DNA from: an uncultured Bacillota bacterium
Lineage (GTDB): Bacteria; Bacillota; Clostridia; Christensenellales; Borkfalkiaceae
NCBI GenBank assembly: GCA_949292885.1
Contig: CASFBD010000001.1
Location: 18,200 to 67,987 of the forward strand
Reading direction: 5' to 3'
Length of the DNA: 49,788 nucleotides
The position numbers and the translations under genes are program-made. Every line of letters begins with the position of its first letter. Positions within the stretch are counted from its first letter, which is position 1. Below are positions 26,788-35,459 of this stretch, in pieces. The notes below the pieces were generated by a model. The model was given only the letters and a program-made list of their open reading frames with translations. It ran no database searches and was not told where the DNA came from.

Positions 26788-29499
26788 TTAATCCTTGAAT
26801 CTGAGGACAAATGTTTTTATTTTTTTCGGAGCAAGGCTGTATCGGAAAGAGTTCTGTTCGACAGGGATCGTTCCTTTCTTAACGCAAAGCGCCAAATCTC
26901 TCTCCTCGACGCCCGCAAGCGGCGCGGCAAAAGCGATCCTGCCCTCACTGCCGCCGCCCGTATCATAAATACGAAGTTCGGCAAGCGTTTCCCCGTCTTT
27001 GCGTTCCGACATCCGCAGAGAACTGAGCACGGCACCGCCTTCGATGCGAAGATAGCTTGCCTCCGCAGGCAATTCTGCCTTTCCCGTCCGTACGGAAAAA
27101 GTCTGCAAGCCCACTTTGAAAGCATTGGCGTTCTGCATCAGCCGATTGTTGTCCGCGGGCTCAAAATCCATGCAGAACTCGGCGCAAACCGTCTTGTTTT
27201 CTTCCTTGCCGATCTCTCCGCCGAAAAGGACCTTAGACGTTTCGTGCGGGAAAGACCGGAAGAGCGTGAGGAAGACCGCCCGATCCTCACGGTCGGAAAC
27301 GGATACTTCATACAGCCCTTTGTTATAAACCGTAAAAGAATTTTTTCCGTCGGACAGGCTGACCATGCCCTGGTTGGGATTGACATAGGTGTCCGTCTCC
27401 TTGGTATGAGAAGCATCTTTCTTGGCAACGGGCCATTCGTACACGTCAAAGGGAATGGACGTCCTGAATGTATCTGTTTTCAGATGTGTGGGGAACACAA
27501 CGCGCAGTCTGTGGCAGGTCTGGCCGTTTTCCGCTTCCGTCCGAACGGAAATTTTCTTTTCTCCCCGTAAAATGCCGATCTTTTGCCGCAAAAGCAGAAC
27601 CGAGCGCTTTTTGCTACGATGCCGTACGGAAAGCCCCTCCTCTCCGCCGATCGTCACGCCCTCCGGAATATGCAGCGCAATTTCCGTTTCCGCCTCAAAA
27701 TAATCGGGCGTATCCGAAAGGATGCGGATGCCCGCACCGCCGGAGATCACCTCTTCGTCAAAGGGCGGCTTTACGTAATTCCATCCGTCGCCTATGTCGC
27801 CGCAGTCTTCCAGGCCGAGCAGCCCGCAATACCGATATCCCGTCGATTTGACGGTAACGTCAAGCGTCCCGTTATCGTTGATCTTTACGACCAGCTCGCC
27901 GTTGTCTACCGTCCGCACGCCCGTGCGCATAGAACCGATATAACGGTTGGGACAGCGATATTCGTCGTATGCCCACTCGTGCTTCCCCTCGCGGACGCAT
28001 TTCGGGCAATCATAAGAAAATGTCTGATACCCGTATTCCGGTATGTCGACGTTCATGACAACGTCAAAGACATCGAAGCGCGGGAAAGTGATCAGCTGCC
28101 CGTACTCGTGCGAACAGACATGGCGCGAACGATGTCCGACGATCGAATGAGGAACGACATTCCTGTTTTTGTCGTAAAAGATAAAGTTCCACTCGTGTTT
28201 GTTTTCTTCGATCTCGAAGGTGAACTTTTTCGCGCCTTTCATCCGAACCTGCGTATTGTTAAATACCGCGATAGCGCCGTCTTTTCCCCTTCCGTCTGCC
28301 CCGATCGTCTCCGAAAGACAGGCAAACAGATCTTTTTTTACGAGCTGAGCAAGTTCTTTTGCGTGTTTGAAGCGGTAAAGATTGTCCTGATGAACTTCCG
28401 TGACCGAACAGCCGCAGATACTGTCATGCGCATGATTTTGCAGTAAATAATCCCACGCCTTGTCCAGATACCCGCCGTACGGTGCGTATCCGATGCGGCC
28501 GCCCGCCATGCGGAGCGTTTTCGCAAAAAATGACAACGGTTCGAGATTGAGCGCAAGCTGCGTTTCGCATTCGTCGTTGCTCTGTTTGAGCGCAATGACC
28601 GAAGAAAGGACGTTCTTTAAAAGGGAGTTATTGATCCCCTCGTTTCCCACTTCATAAAGGCAGCCGCTTGCCCGTTCCATTTTATCCTTGTGCGCGGCGA
28701 CCGCCTGCGTATAATCGGACAGATCGGATTGAATAAACCTGTACTCTCCGATCTCCTTTCCCAACAGTTTCAAAAGGCGCGGCGTATCCTTGCATACGTC
28801 CATGTGATCGACGCCGTCGATCATCAGATGATTGCCCGTAACAAAATTTTTCTCTTCCTTGGCAAGGTACCCTTTTATTTTCTCAACGATCTCTGCATCG
28901 CACGATCCGTCGGAAAGATTTCTGTCGGCAAACGGCCAGCGTGCCGTAAAATAAAAGGAAGAATACGCATAATCGGGATGCAGTTTATGAACGATCACTT
29001 CCGAACCGTCTGCCCCGATCCATACAAAATTATCTTTTTCGTATCCGCTGCGGCCCCTGAAAAGTGCGGCGGAAGAAATGCCGAAGCCCTGCAAGATCTG
29101 CGGCAACTGGCTGTTATGTCCGAAAATATCGCATACGTACCCGCAGTTTTGCGGCTCTGTCCCATAACTGCGGCAGATCTGCGCGCCCTTTTTCAGGTTG
29201 CGCACAAGAGATTCTCCGCTTACCAGAAATTCATCGGGCATTGTGTACCACGGGCCGATGAGAATACGTTTTTGCCCGATCAGCCGTTTCAGCCGCGTTT
29301 CGTTTTCCGGGCGGATCTCGAGATAATCCTGCAAAAACACAGTTTGCCCGTCAAAATGAAAACACCTGAACTCCGGATCTTCTTCCAATACATCGAGCAA
29401 TCCGTCAACCATGCGCACCAACCGCGCCCTGTATTCTTCGTAAGTCTGATACCATTCTCTGTCCCAATGCGTAGAGGACAATACATAGATCGTTTTCAT
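26788..29499 (-). CDS. GH38 alpha-mannosidase (MngB/SpGH38-like)
   Basis: Start ATG 29499 overlaps the upstream stop (ATGA). Motifs STHWDREWY, FHFDGQ, GPWYTMPDEFL, CDIFGH, QNHAHDSICGCS. Confidence 0.93.
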   Translation of the reverse strand: MKTIYVLSSTHWDREWYQTYEEYRARLVRMVDGLLDVLEEDPEFRCFHFDGQTVFLQDYLEIRPENETRLKRLIGQKRILIGPWYTMPDEFLVSGESLVRNLKKGAQICRSYGTEPQNCGYVCDIFGHNSQLPQILQGFGISSAALFRGRSGYEKDNFVWIGADGSEVIVHKLHPDYAYSSFYFTARWPFADRNLSDGSCDAEIVEKIKGYLAKEEKNFVTGNHLMIDGVDHMDVCKDTPRLLKLLGKEIGEYRFIQSDLSDYTQAVAAHKDKMERASGCLYEVGNEGINNSLLKNVLSSVIALKQSNDECETQLALNLEPLSFFAKTLRMAGGRIGYAPYGGYLDKAWDYLLQNHAHDSICGCSVTEVHQDNLYRFKHAKELAQLVKKDLFACLSETIGADGRGKDGAIAVFNNTQVRMKGAKKFTFEIEENKHEWNFIFYDKNRNVVPHSIVGHRSRHVCSHEYGQLITFPRFDVFDVVMNVDIPEYGYQTFSYDCPKCVREGKHEWAYDEYRCPNRYIGSMRTGVRTVDNGELVVKINDNGTLDVTVKSTGYRYCGLLGLEDCGDIGDGWNYVKPPFDEEVISGGAGIRILSDTPDYFEAETEIALHIPEGVTIGGEEGLSVRHRSKKRSVLLLRQKIGILRGEKKISVRTEAENGQTCHRLRVVFPTHLKTDTFRTSIPFDVYEWPVAKKDASHTKETDTYVNPNQGMVSLSDGKNSFTVYNKGLYEVSVSDREDRAVFLTLFRSFPHETSKVLFGGEIGKEENKTVCAEFCMDFEPADNNRLMQNANAFKVGLQTFSVRTGKAELPAEASYLRIEGGAVLSSLRMSERKDGETLAELRIYDTGGGSEGRIAFAAPLAGVEERDLALCVKKGTIPVEQNSFRYSLAPKKIKTFVLRFKD

Positions 29500-30602
29500 T
29501 CGTACACACACTCCCTGCAAGCTCTCACAAATTCCCGGATATTCTCCGGATCCCCAAAGAAAAAGTGATCGGACGGACTGCAAATGTAACCGCCGTTCGG
29601 TTTGGATAAAAACAACTCTCTTACAGAATTGCGGATATACTCTTTGGTTCCCCTTTCAAATCCCTGATTCTGGTCAAACCCTCCGATAAAGAAAAGAGAG
29701 TCCCCCACTTGCTGCGCGGCTTTTTTCAGATCGCAGTCTCCGCCCATCGATCTCGGCGTCATCGTTTCCAGCCCGTCCGCTCCGTTCTGCACAACCAGCG
29801 GCAGCATGGGCATCAGTCCGCCGCAAAGATGGTAGACGATCTTTTTTACACCCGCATCGTGCAATGCCGCATGGATCCTCCTGTCGTAAGGCAGGCAAAA
29901 TTCCTGATACATTGCGGGACTGATCACCGTGCTCGACGCTGCACCGCCTCCGTTTTCCACAACGTCAAACTCAAATTTTCCCATACGAGCGATCTGCTCT
30001 TCGTTGATTTTTGCAATACAATCCAGGGCATAATGCGTCCAGTCCGGCTCGTCCATCGCTTTGAAAATAGCAGTTTCCGTTCCGAGCAGCATGGTCAGGC
30101 ATTGCCATGTGCCGGGCTGTCCGTAGTTATGATTTACGCCGCGGACGATCCCTTTATCCCCGATCCTGTCCCGCGCGGCGCGGACGGCGCTCCAATCCGC
30201 GCCGCTGCAGATCGGAAAGTATTGTCTGAACAGTTCAAAATCCGCATCGGTCTTGACAAGAGGCTCCGTTTCCCAGCTGGTAAAACGATTGTATGCCCCC
30301 TTGACCGTAAGCGCGCCCTTCGGCGTTTCAAACGTATCGGTAAAATACGTAACGCCTTCCGCTTCGTCCCTGGCCGTTATCTTGCGCGAATAACGCCAGT
30401 TTCTCAACGTATCTGCGCTGTAACGCAATTCCGGCCCCACATAGATCACCTGATCCAGCCCCAATTTATCGTACGCTTCAAAACAATCCGCACCGCCAAG
30501 GTAGGTTTTCAGGTAATATTCCATAAAGTTATGTACCTGGCACGGAAGGCAATCGGGCTTTTTGTTGTCCAATGCCGTCAAAAGTCTTTCTCTGCTGTTC
30601 AT
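29496..30602 (-). CDS. URO-D/MtaA-CmuA superfamily protein (paralogue 3), function unknown
   Basis: MNSRERLLTAL...PD..P, SPAMYQEFCLPY, YHLCG, IGGFD, GGYICSPSDH. Confidence 0.85.
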   Translation of the reverse strand: MNSRERLLTALDNKKPDCLPCQVHNFMEYYLKTYLGGADCFEAYDKLGLDQVIYVGPELRYSADTLRNWRYSRKITARDEAEGVTYFTDTFETPKGALTVKGAYNRFTSWETEPLVKTDADFELFRQYFPICSGADWSAVRAARDRIGDKGIVRGVNHNYGQPGTWQCLTMLLGTETAIFKAMDEPDWTHYALDCIAKINEEQIARMGKFEFDVVENGGGAASSTVISPAMYQEFCLPYDRRIHAALHDAGVKKIVYHLCGGLMPMLPLVVQNGADGLETMTPRSMGGDCDLKKAAQQVGDSLFFIGGFDQNQGFERGTKEYIRNSVRELFLSKPNGGYICSPSDHFFFGDPENIREFVRACRECVYE

Positions 30603-31654
30603 ATCTTTTTCCCTCCGAAATCACCGCGCAATCTTCTCACCGTGTCGATCATCAGAAGATATTTTTCACAATCGACATAATCGGGTATGGAATTGCCGCT
30701 TCCGATGGCAAATCCGCCCGCTTTCTTTTCGGCAAGCGCATAAATGCGGCTCACTTCTTTTTCCAGCAATATATTGTCCATCCTTACAAGATGATCGGTA
30801 TCGATCCCGCCGAAATTTCCTATCTTATCGCCGTATTTCCTCACCCATTCTTCCATATCCGCGATCTGGTCTTCGTTGGAATGCTTTGCGTCGATCCCGC
30901 ACGCAATGATATCGGGCATTACTTCAAATATATTTCCGCAGGAATGCAACAGAAACGGAAGCCCTGCCTCATGTATCAACGAAATCACCCTCCTGTATTG
31001 AGGCAAAATATATTCGCGTATGTCCTGCGGAGAAAGCAGCGTACCCGTTTTATATCCCAGATCGTCGCCAAAACGCGCCACGCAATATATATCGCCGTAT
31101 TCCCGCAAAAACCACGTCCAGATCTGCACAAGCATATCTCCCGCTTTGCGAAAAATGCCTTCAAATATTTCCGGCTCTTCATATTTTAAAATACACAGAT
31201 TTTCAAAACCGCACAGATCCTGTACAATTTCAAACACGCCGTTCCCCACTCCCCCGACGGCTTTCATCCCTTTCGGCATACAGGCCCGAAGAGCATCAAA
31301 ACGCGGTGCGGAACGCTCAATATAAATGCGGACCGCCTCCTCAAACGGATAAGACAAATATCTCTCCATGGAGTCGATATATCCCGTACGCGGCTGTGAA
31401 AGCGCTCCCCCGTACGGAAGAAATTCTGTAACGCAGGATTCATAAGTCACCGCATCGTAACCGTAATCCAGAAAAAATTTGCAATACGGCTTGAAAAACT
31501 CCTTGTAGTTCTGTTCAAAAAAGAACGACACGAACGTTTGTCCCGTTATTCTTTCTATGATCCCGGCATTGACATTATGTTCATAAAGGGGAATTCTCCT
31601 TGGTTTACGATTATACGCACAATCCACAAGGTTTCGGTAATCAGGCTCAAACAC
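30599..31654 (-). CDS. URO-D/MtaA-CmuA superfamily protein (paralogue 4), function unknown
   Basis: Likely GTG start at 31654 after AGGAGG. Motifs CGFENL, GDDLGYKTGTLLSP, LLHSCGN, FGGID, GGFAIGSGNSIP. Confidence 0.85.
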   Translation of the reverse strand: MFEPDYRNLVDCAYNRKPRRIPLYEHNVNAGIIERITGQTFVSFFFEQNYKEFFKPYCKFFLDYGYDAVTYESCVTEFLPYGGALSQPRTGYIDSMERYLSYPFEEAVRIYIERSAPRFDALRACMPKGMKAVGGVGNGVFEIVQDLCGFENLCILKYEEPEIFEGIFRKAGDMLVQIWTWFLREYGDIYCVARFGDDLGYKTGTLLSPQDIREYILPQYRRVISLIHEAGLPFLLHSCGNIFEVMPDIIACGIDAKHSNEDQIADMEEWVRKYGDKIGNFGGIDTDHLVRMDNILLEKEVSRIYALAEKKAGGFAIGSGNSIPDYVDCEKYLLMIDTVRRLRGDFGGKKI

Positions 31655-31679
31655 GGTCTCCGCCTCCTGTTTTTGATAT

Positions 31680-31741
31680 ATTATATACATAATATGACAT
31701 TAAAGTCAATATCAATTTTAAAATACCAAACATTATGACAT
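31680..31741 (-). promoter_or_regulatory. Promoter and repeated operator half-sites for the URO-D/GH38/GntR operon
   Basis: TTGACT (31704-31709)-N18-TATAAT (31680-31685). ATGTCATA occurs twice, once inside the spacer. Confidence 0.6.
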
Positions 31742-31869
31742 TTCCCTGAAAAATAATTTTTGTCGAGTAAGACAAGGGGACAGTTTTTCAAACAAAAAAC
31801 ATCTGGTTGATAAATACCATAAAATCCATTAAAAGCGGTACTTTCAATACCGCCACACAGACGAAACAA

Positions 31870-31895
31870 ATCCCGAGGACGACAGTCCTCGGGAT
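31870..31895 (+). repeat. Terminator-like hairpin, second copy of the 13861-13886 hairpin
   Basis: ATCCCGAGGAC-GACA-GTCCTCGGGAT is 23/26 identical to ATCCCGAAGAC-AACA-GTCTTCGGGAT. Confidence 0.75.
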
Positions 31896-31921
31896 ACTTA
31901 TTTTTTAACAGGTTCAGATAG

Positions 31922-32535
31922 TTCCGTTATCAAATCCATTCAAATCAAACAGTGAATCACTCGGAAGACTATGTCTGTGTATTTTCATCCAGTTATATAT
32001 ACAGCTTTTTCGAAACACATAAAAATGTTTTTGCAACATCTCCCGTTTTCTCTTTTAAAAAGTTTGCGAATAAAATAAACCAAGAGCTTCAAAACCCAAA
32101 CGGAAACCGCTATCAAAAAAATCCTGTTTCTATAAAATCTTATCGGAATTTATCCGCCATACGAAATTCGAATCTAAAAATACAGGAAACAATCTCCTTC
32201 TGACAAATTTACTGGACTATGTACAAAATAATTGGATGAATGATATTTCATTGAAAGACATATCTTCTATGCTTCATACAAATTATAATTACCTTTCTTT
32301 CTTATTCAATAAGACCTTTAAAATGAATTTTTCTTCTTTTATTAATGAGACACGTATATCTAAAGCGCAAACCATGATTTTGAACCCTTCTAAAAACATG
32401 AACTTTGCCGAAATTGCTACTTCCTGCGGTTATTCCACAATAAGAAGCTTTAACAGGAATTTTCAAATCATTACAGGCATGACACCTTCTGCGTATAAAA
32501 ATTTACATCAACATAAAAATTCAGAAAAAAAATAA
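31922..32535 (+). pseudogene. AraC-family regulator pseudogene (5'-truncated and frameshifted)
   Basis: Frame 1 reads FRYQIHS...VCVFS (cupin tail, preceded by a stop and lacking the N-terminus). After the A7 run at 32115-32121 the protein continues in another frame, KSCFYKILSEF...ISLKDIS...IATSCGYSTIRSFNRNF (AraC HTH). Confidence 0.8.
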
Positions 32536-32619
32536 AAATTTAGTCTCAACATTATACATTCATTACTTTTATTAATATGTTTTTTACGGAAAAGTACGGG
32601 TTTGTCTTAGGTGTGACGA

Positions 32620-32685
32620 TGGGACGTGTGCTTGTCTTGAACAAGTGCGACGGGCTTCGCCCGTCGCAGACAAGCACACGTCCCA
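32620..32685. repeat. Nested GC-rich palindrome (REP/MITE-like)
   Basis: Outer arms TGGGACGTGTGCTTGTCT / AGACAAGCACACGTCCCA enclose the inner hairpin TGCGACGGGC-TTC-GCCCGTCGCA. Confidence 0.8.
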
Positions 32686-33653
32686 ACACAAACAACCAAA
32701 CAAACACGGAAACGAAAGCGCGGCGGGCGGGGCGTTTGCGCTGACCCGATTATAACCTAATCCGACCCATAACAACCAAACCGTATTATAAGAAACTATT
32801 AATCAATAAAATTTGCCTTGTTCCCAAGGTCTTTAAACCTCCAACAGGAATTCTTTTTTAGTTCGCACTGTTTTTGTCTTTTACAGCGATACACTGTCAC
32901 CTAAGCAAGAGCTGTATAATTGTTAGCAACGCTTAGAGACTAAAAATCCCATTCATATTTTCTTACTTTCATTTTTTCAGCACCACCTTCATTGGTCAAA
33001 GGCACAACGTACGTTTCATCTCTGTCATCAAAAGTAAGTTGAACCGGCATATCTTTGATTCATAATGCGCACTCTGAATTCATTTTCAAAGTCAACATAA
33101 AATATAGAAACAGCTTTTGAAGGAAATTGAGGATCATTACATTCAATAAAAAACGTTCAGACATATCTTTATACTTTATAGGAACTCACTTCACGACAAA
33201 ATACAAAAAATACAAACCGCGAAAAACGTAAAGGAAGGGGGTACAGATGCGCCGTAATTATATAACCTTATCCTGGAAACAGCCGAAGAATCCGAAAAAA
33301 ATTGGGTTTTGCGCAGTAAACACAGACGGATAGAGGCGCCTGCGACAGAAATTTCGGCGAGGCAAACGGCGCACGTGACGTCAATTTTACGTTGCCGGGT
33401 TTTACGATCGCAAAAAACCGGCATTTGCGAAATAAAAGCTGTTTATCGCGGCTTGCGCGGTAATAATTTACAGAAATCAATCTCTATGCTTTCACATATA
33501 TAAAACTTTTGTTAAAAACAAAAACCCGTTTTCTTCTCCGTTTTACTCTGTTCCGCAAAAATATTCCTGTCAGCAAACTATAGGGTCGAATAATAAAATC
33601 AGCATATGGATCCATCTTGCGTATTGCGGGAACGTCCCCTGTTTACGACCACC

Positions 33654-33696
33654 AATAAAGAGCGAAGAAATTTTTATTTTCTTCGCTCTTTATTTT
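33654..33696. terminator. Intrinsic terminator downstream of GH20
   Basis: 17-bp inverted repeat AATAAAGAGCGAAGAAA-N7-TTTCTTCGCTCTTTATT. Confidence 0.8.
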
Positions 33697-33743
33697 GTTT
33701 CACGATGATAAACTAACCTGCTTTTCTATACTGCGATCGCTGT

Positions 33744-35402
33744 CTAAAAAATAGTATTTCCCGTCGTTATGATCCGTTTATAATCCCACTGCGCGCCTAT
33801 TTTCTTCCCGAATTTTTCTTTTCCGCCGAAAACATCGTACTGCGTCGCGTCAAGCTCTTCAATGCAGGGAATCTTCCCTTCAATATATTGTTTTGTCCTC
33901 TCGATGCAATGTTTTACACGATGGATCACTCCCCCGATCCGCGCATCCTGAAGTTCAAAACCGAACGGTTTATAACTTCTGAACCATACGTCTTTGAACT
34001 TATCATAATAATTCTGCGTCAATACGACGATCCTTTCCATTCTTTGAATACAATCTTCCAAAGAAGGTATGTTTTTTTCTTTATATGCCTTTCTCAACCT
34101 GATTCCGATATCGCATTTTACCGCTGTCAGATCGCACAACGCCTTCGCCCAGGCAAACAAATATCCGTATTCTTTATGGTCGATATGTTTTTCAAGTTTT
34201 TTGGCGTTGGCCTCACATTTTTCCGCCGTTCCTTCGGGGACAGTGGAATCATAAAGCCCGAGAAAACAATCGTTATACAGAAGATATTTGGAAGGATTCT
34301 GATTTGTCATCTCATTCAATTCCACATCGATCACATCGGGAAGATCGAGATACAAAAATTCATCGAACGGAATACCTGTTACTTTTGCAAACTTCTTTTT
34401 GATCTTTTCGATTTCCTTGTTTCCGAAGAAATACTCCCCCGCAAAACATAAGGAAGGCAATACGGAAAGTTCGGGGCATTCCCCCCCGCCGTCATGCCAC
34501 ACGGTCATGATATGCTTTGTCACGCCGTAGCTCTCCATGGAATCCAAAAATGCTTTTTCCGCGCGCAATGACCATGAATTATGCGGCGCTATGCCCGCAA
34601 ACGTCCACGCGGCACCCGCCGTCCAGAAGTCGCACGGGAATTTTTGATGCCCGCTGATCATATTGTCGTAATGCGCCTTTTCTTCGGAAGAATAATCCCA
34701 ATACACGAGCTCCACGTCTTCAGGGATCAGGTCTATCGCTTCCTTTTTCAGATTTTTCGTATCTGCATAATAAAAGTGCTGCTTGTTCGACATACAAAAA
34801 GGCATATCGCTCCAGATCATCGGTTTGAACATATTTTCTTTGCACACAGAAACCACTCTTTTCAAGTGTTCTGCAAATATGTCTTCCGTTTTTCTGTAAC
34901 CGTGAATGTCAAAATATTTTCCCTTGCCCAGCAAGTGCGCTTCATCCATGCCTATATGGATCCTGTTTGTACGGAAACACGCGCGCATTGTTTTGATCAT
35001 TTTTTCGATCAACGTATACGTCTTTTCTTCCCCAACCAGCAAGATGTCGTTGACGTCGAACATATTTTTGTCTTCGTACCAACGGACGATCTGGTTGAGA
35101 TGTGCCAGCGTTTGTATGCAGGGGATCACCTCTATCCCCTCCGCATAACAGAAATCGTCTATCTCTTTCAGTTCTTGTCTTGTATATCTGCCGCGCATAT
35201 AGCCGAAATATTCTTCACCTACAATTTCATAGGTATCCTCGATATACAGCATCAGCACATTATAATGAAACTGCTTTAAAATAGCAATAAACCTTTTGAG
35301 CGCGTCCGTCGTCATCACCGAATTGCGCGACAAATCCACCATGACGGCAAGTTTTTTATCCATATTCCTATAATTTTTATGCCGCCGCATTTGCGGCGGC
35401 AT
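33744..35402 (-). CDS. GH20 beta-N-acetylhexosaminidase (GcnA/GH20C-like, cytoplasmic); alternative start 35363
   Basis: LYIEDTY, IPCIQTLAH, IHIGMDEAH (catalytic DE), WSDM, YWDY, KPFGFELQDARIGG. Confidence 0.93.
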   Translation of the reverse strand: MPPQMRRHKNYRNMDKKLAVMVDLSRNSVMTTDALKRFIAILKQFHYNVLMLYIEDTYEIVGEEYFGYMRGRYTRQELKEIDDFCYAEGIEVIPCIQTLAHLNQIVRWYEDKNMFDVNDILLVGEEKTYTLIEKMIKTMRACFRTNRIHIGMDEAHLLGKGKYFDIHGYRKTEDIFAEHLKRVVSVCKENMFKPMIWSDMPFCMSNKQHFYYADTKNLKKEAIDLIPEDVELVYWDYSSEEKAHYDNMISGHQKFPCDFWTAGAAWTFAGIAPHNSWSLRAEKAFLDSMESYGVTKHIMTVWHDGGGECPELSVLPSLCFAGEYFFGNKEIEKIKKKFAKVTGIPFDEFLYLDLPDVIDVELNEMTNQNPSKYLLYNDCFLGLYDSTVPEGTAEKCEANAKKLEKHIDHKEYGYLFAWAKALCDLTAVKCDIGIRLRKAYKEKNIPSLEDCIQRMERIVVLTQNYYDKFKDVWFRSYKPFGFELQDARIGGVIHRVKHCIERTKQYIEGKIPCIEELDATQYDVFGGKEKFGKKIGAQWDYKRIITTGNTIF

Positions 35403-35459
35403 AACCTCCTGTTCCTTTTTAAGGCTTTTGAATTTACAGCTGCGGAAAATTTTTGACCG

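Noticed and set aside
32580-33650. CRISPR array, tRNA, riboswitch or transposase in the intergenic junction
   Set aside because: No regularly spaced repeats, cloverleaf, recognisable aptamer or transposase motifs. The short ORFs (60-80 aa) here look spurious.
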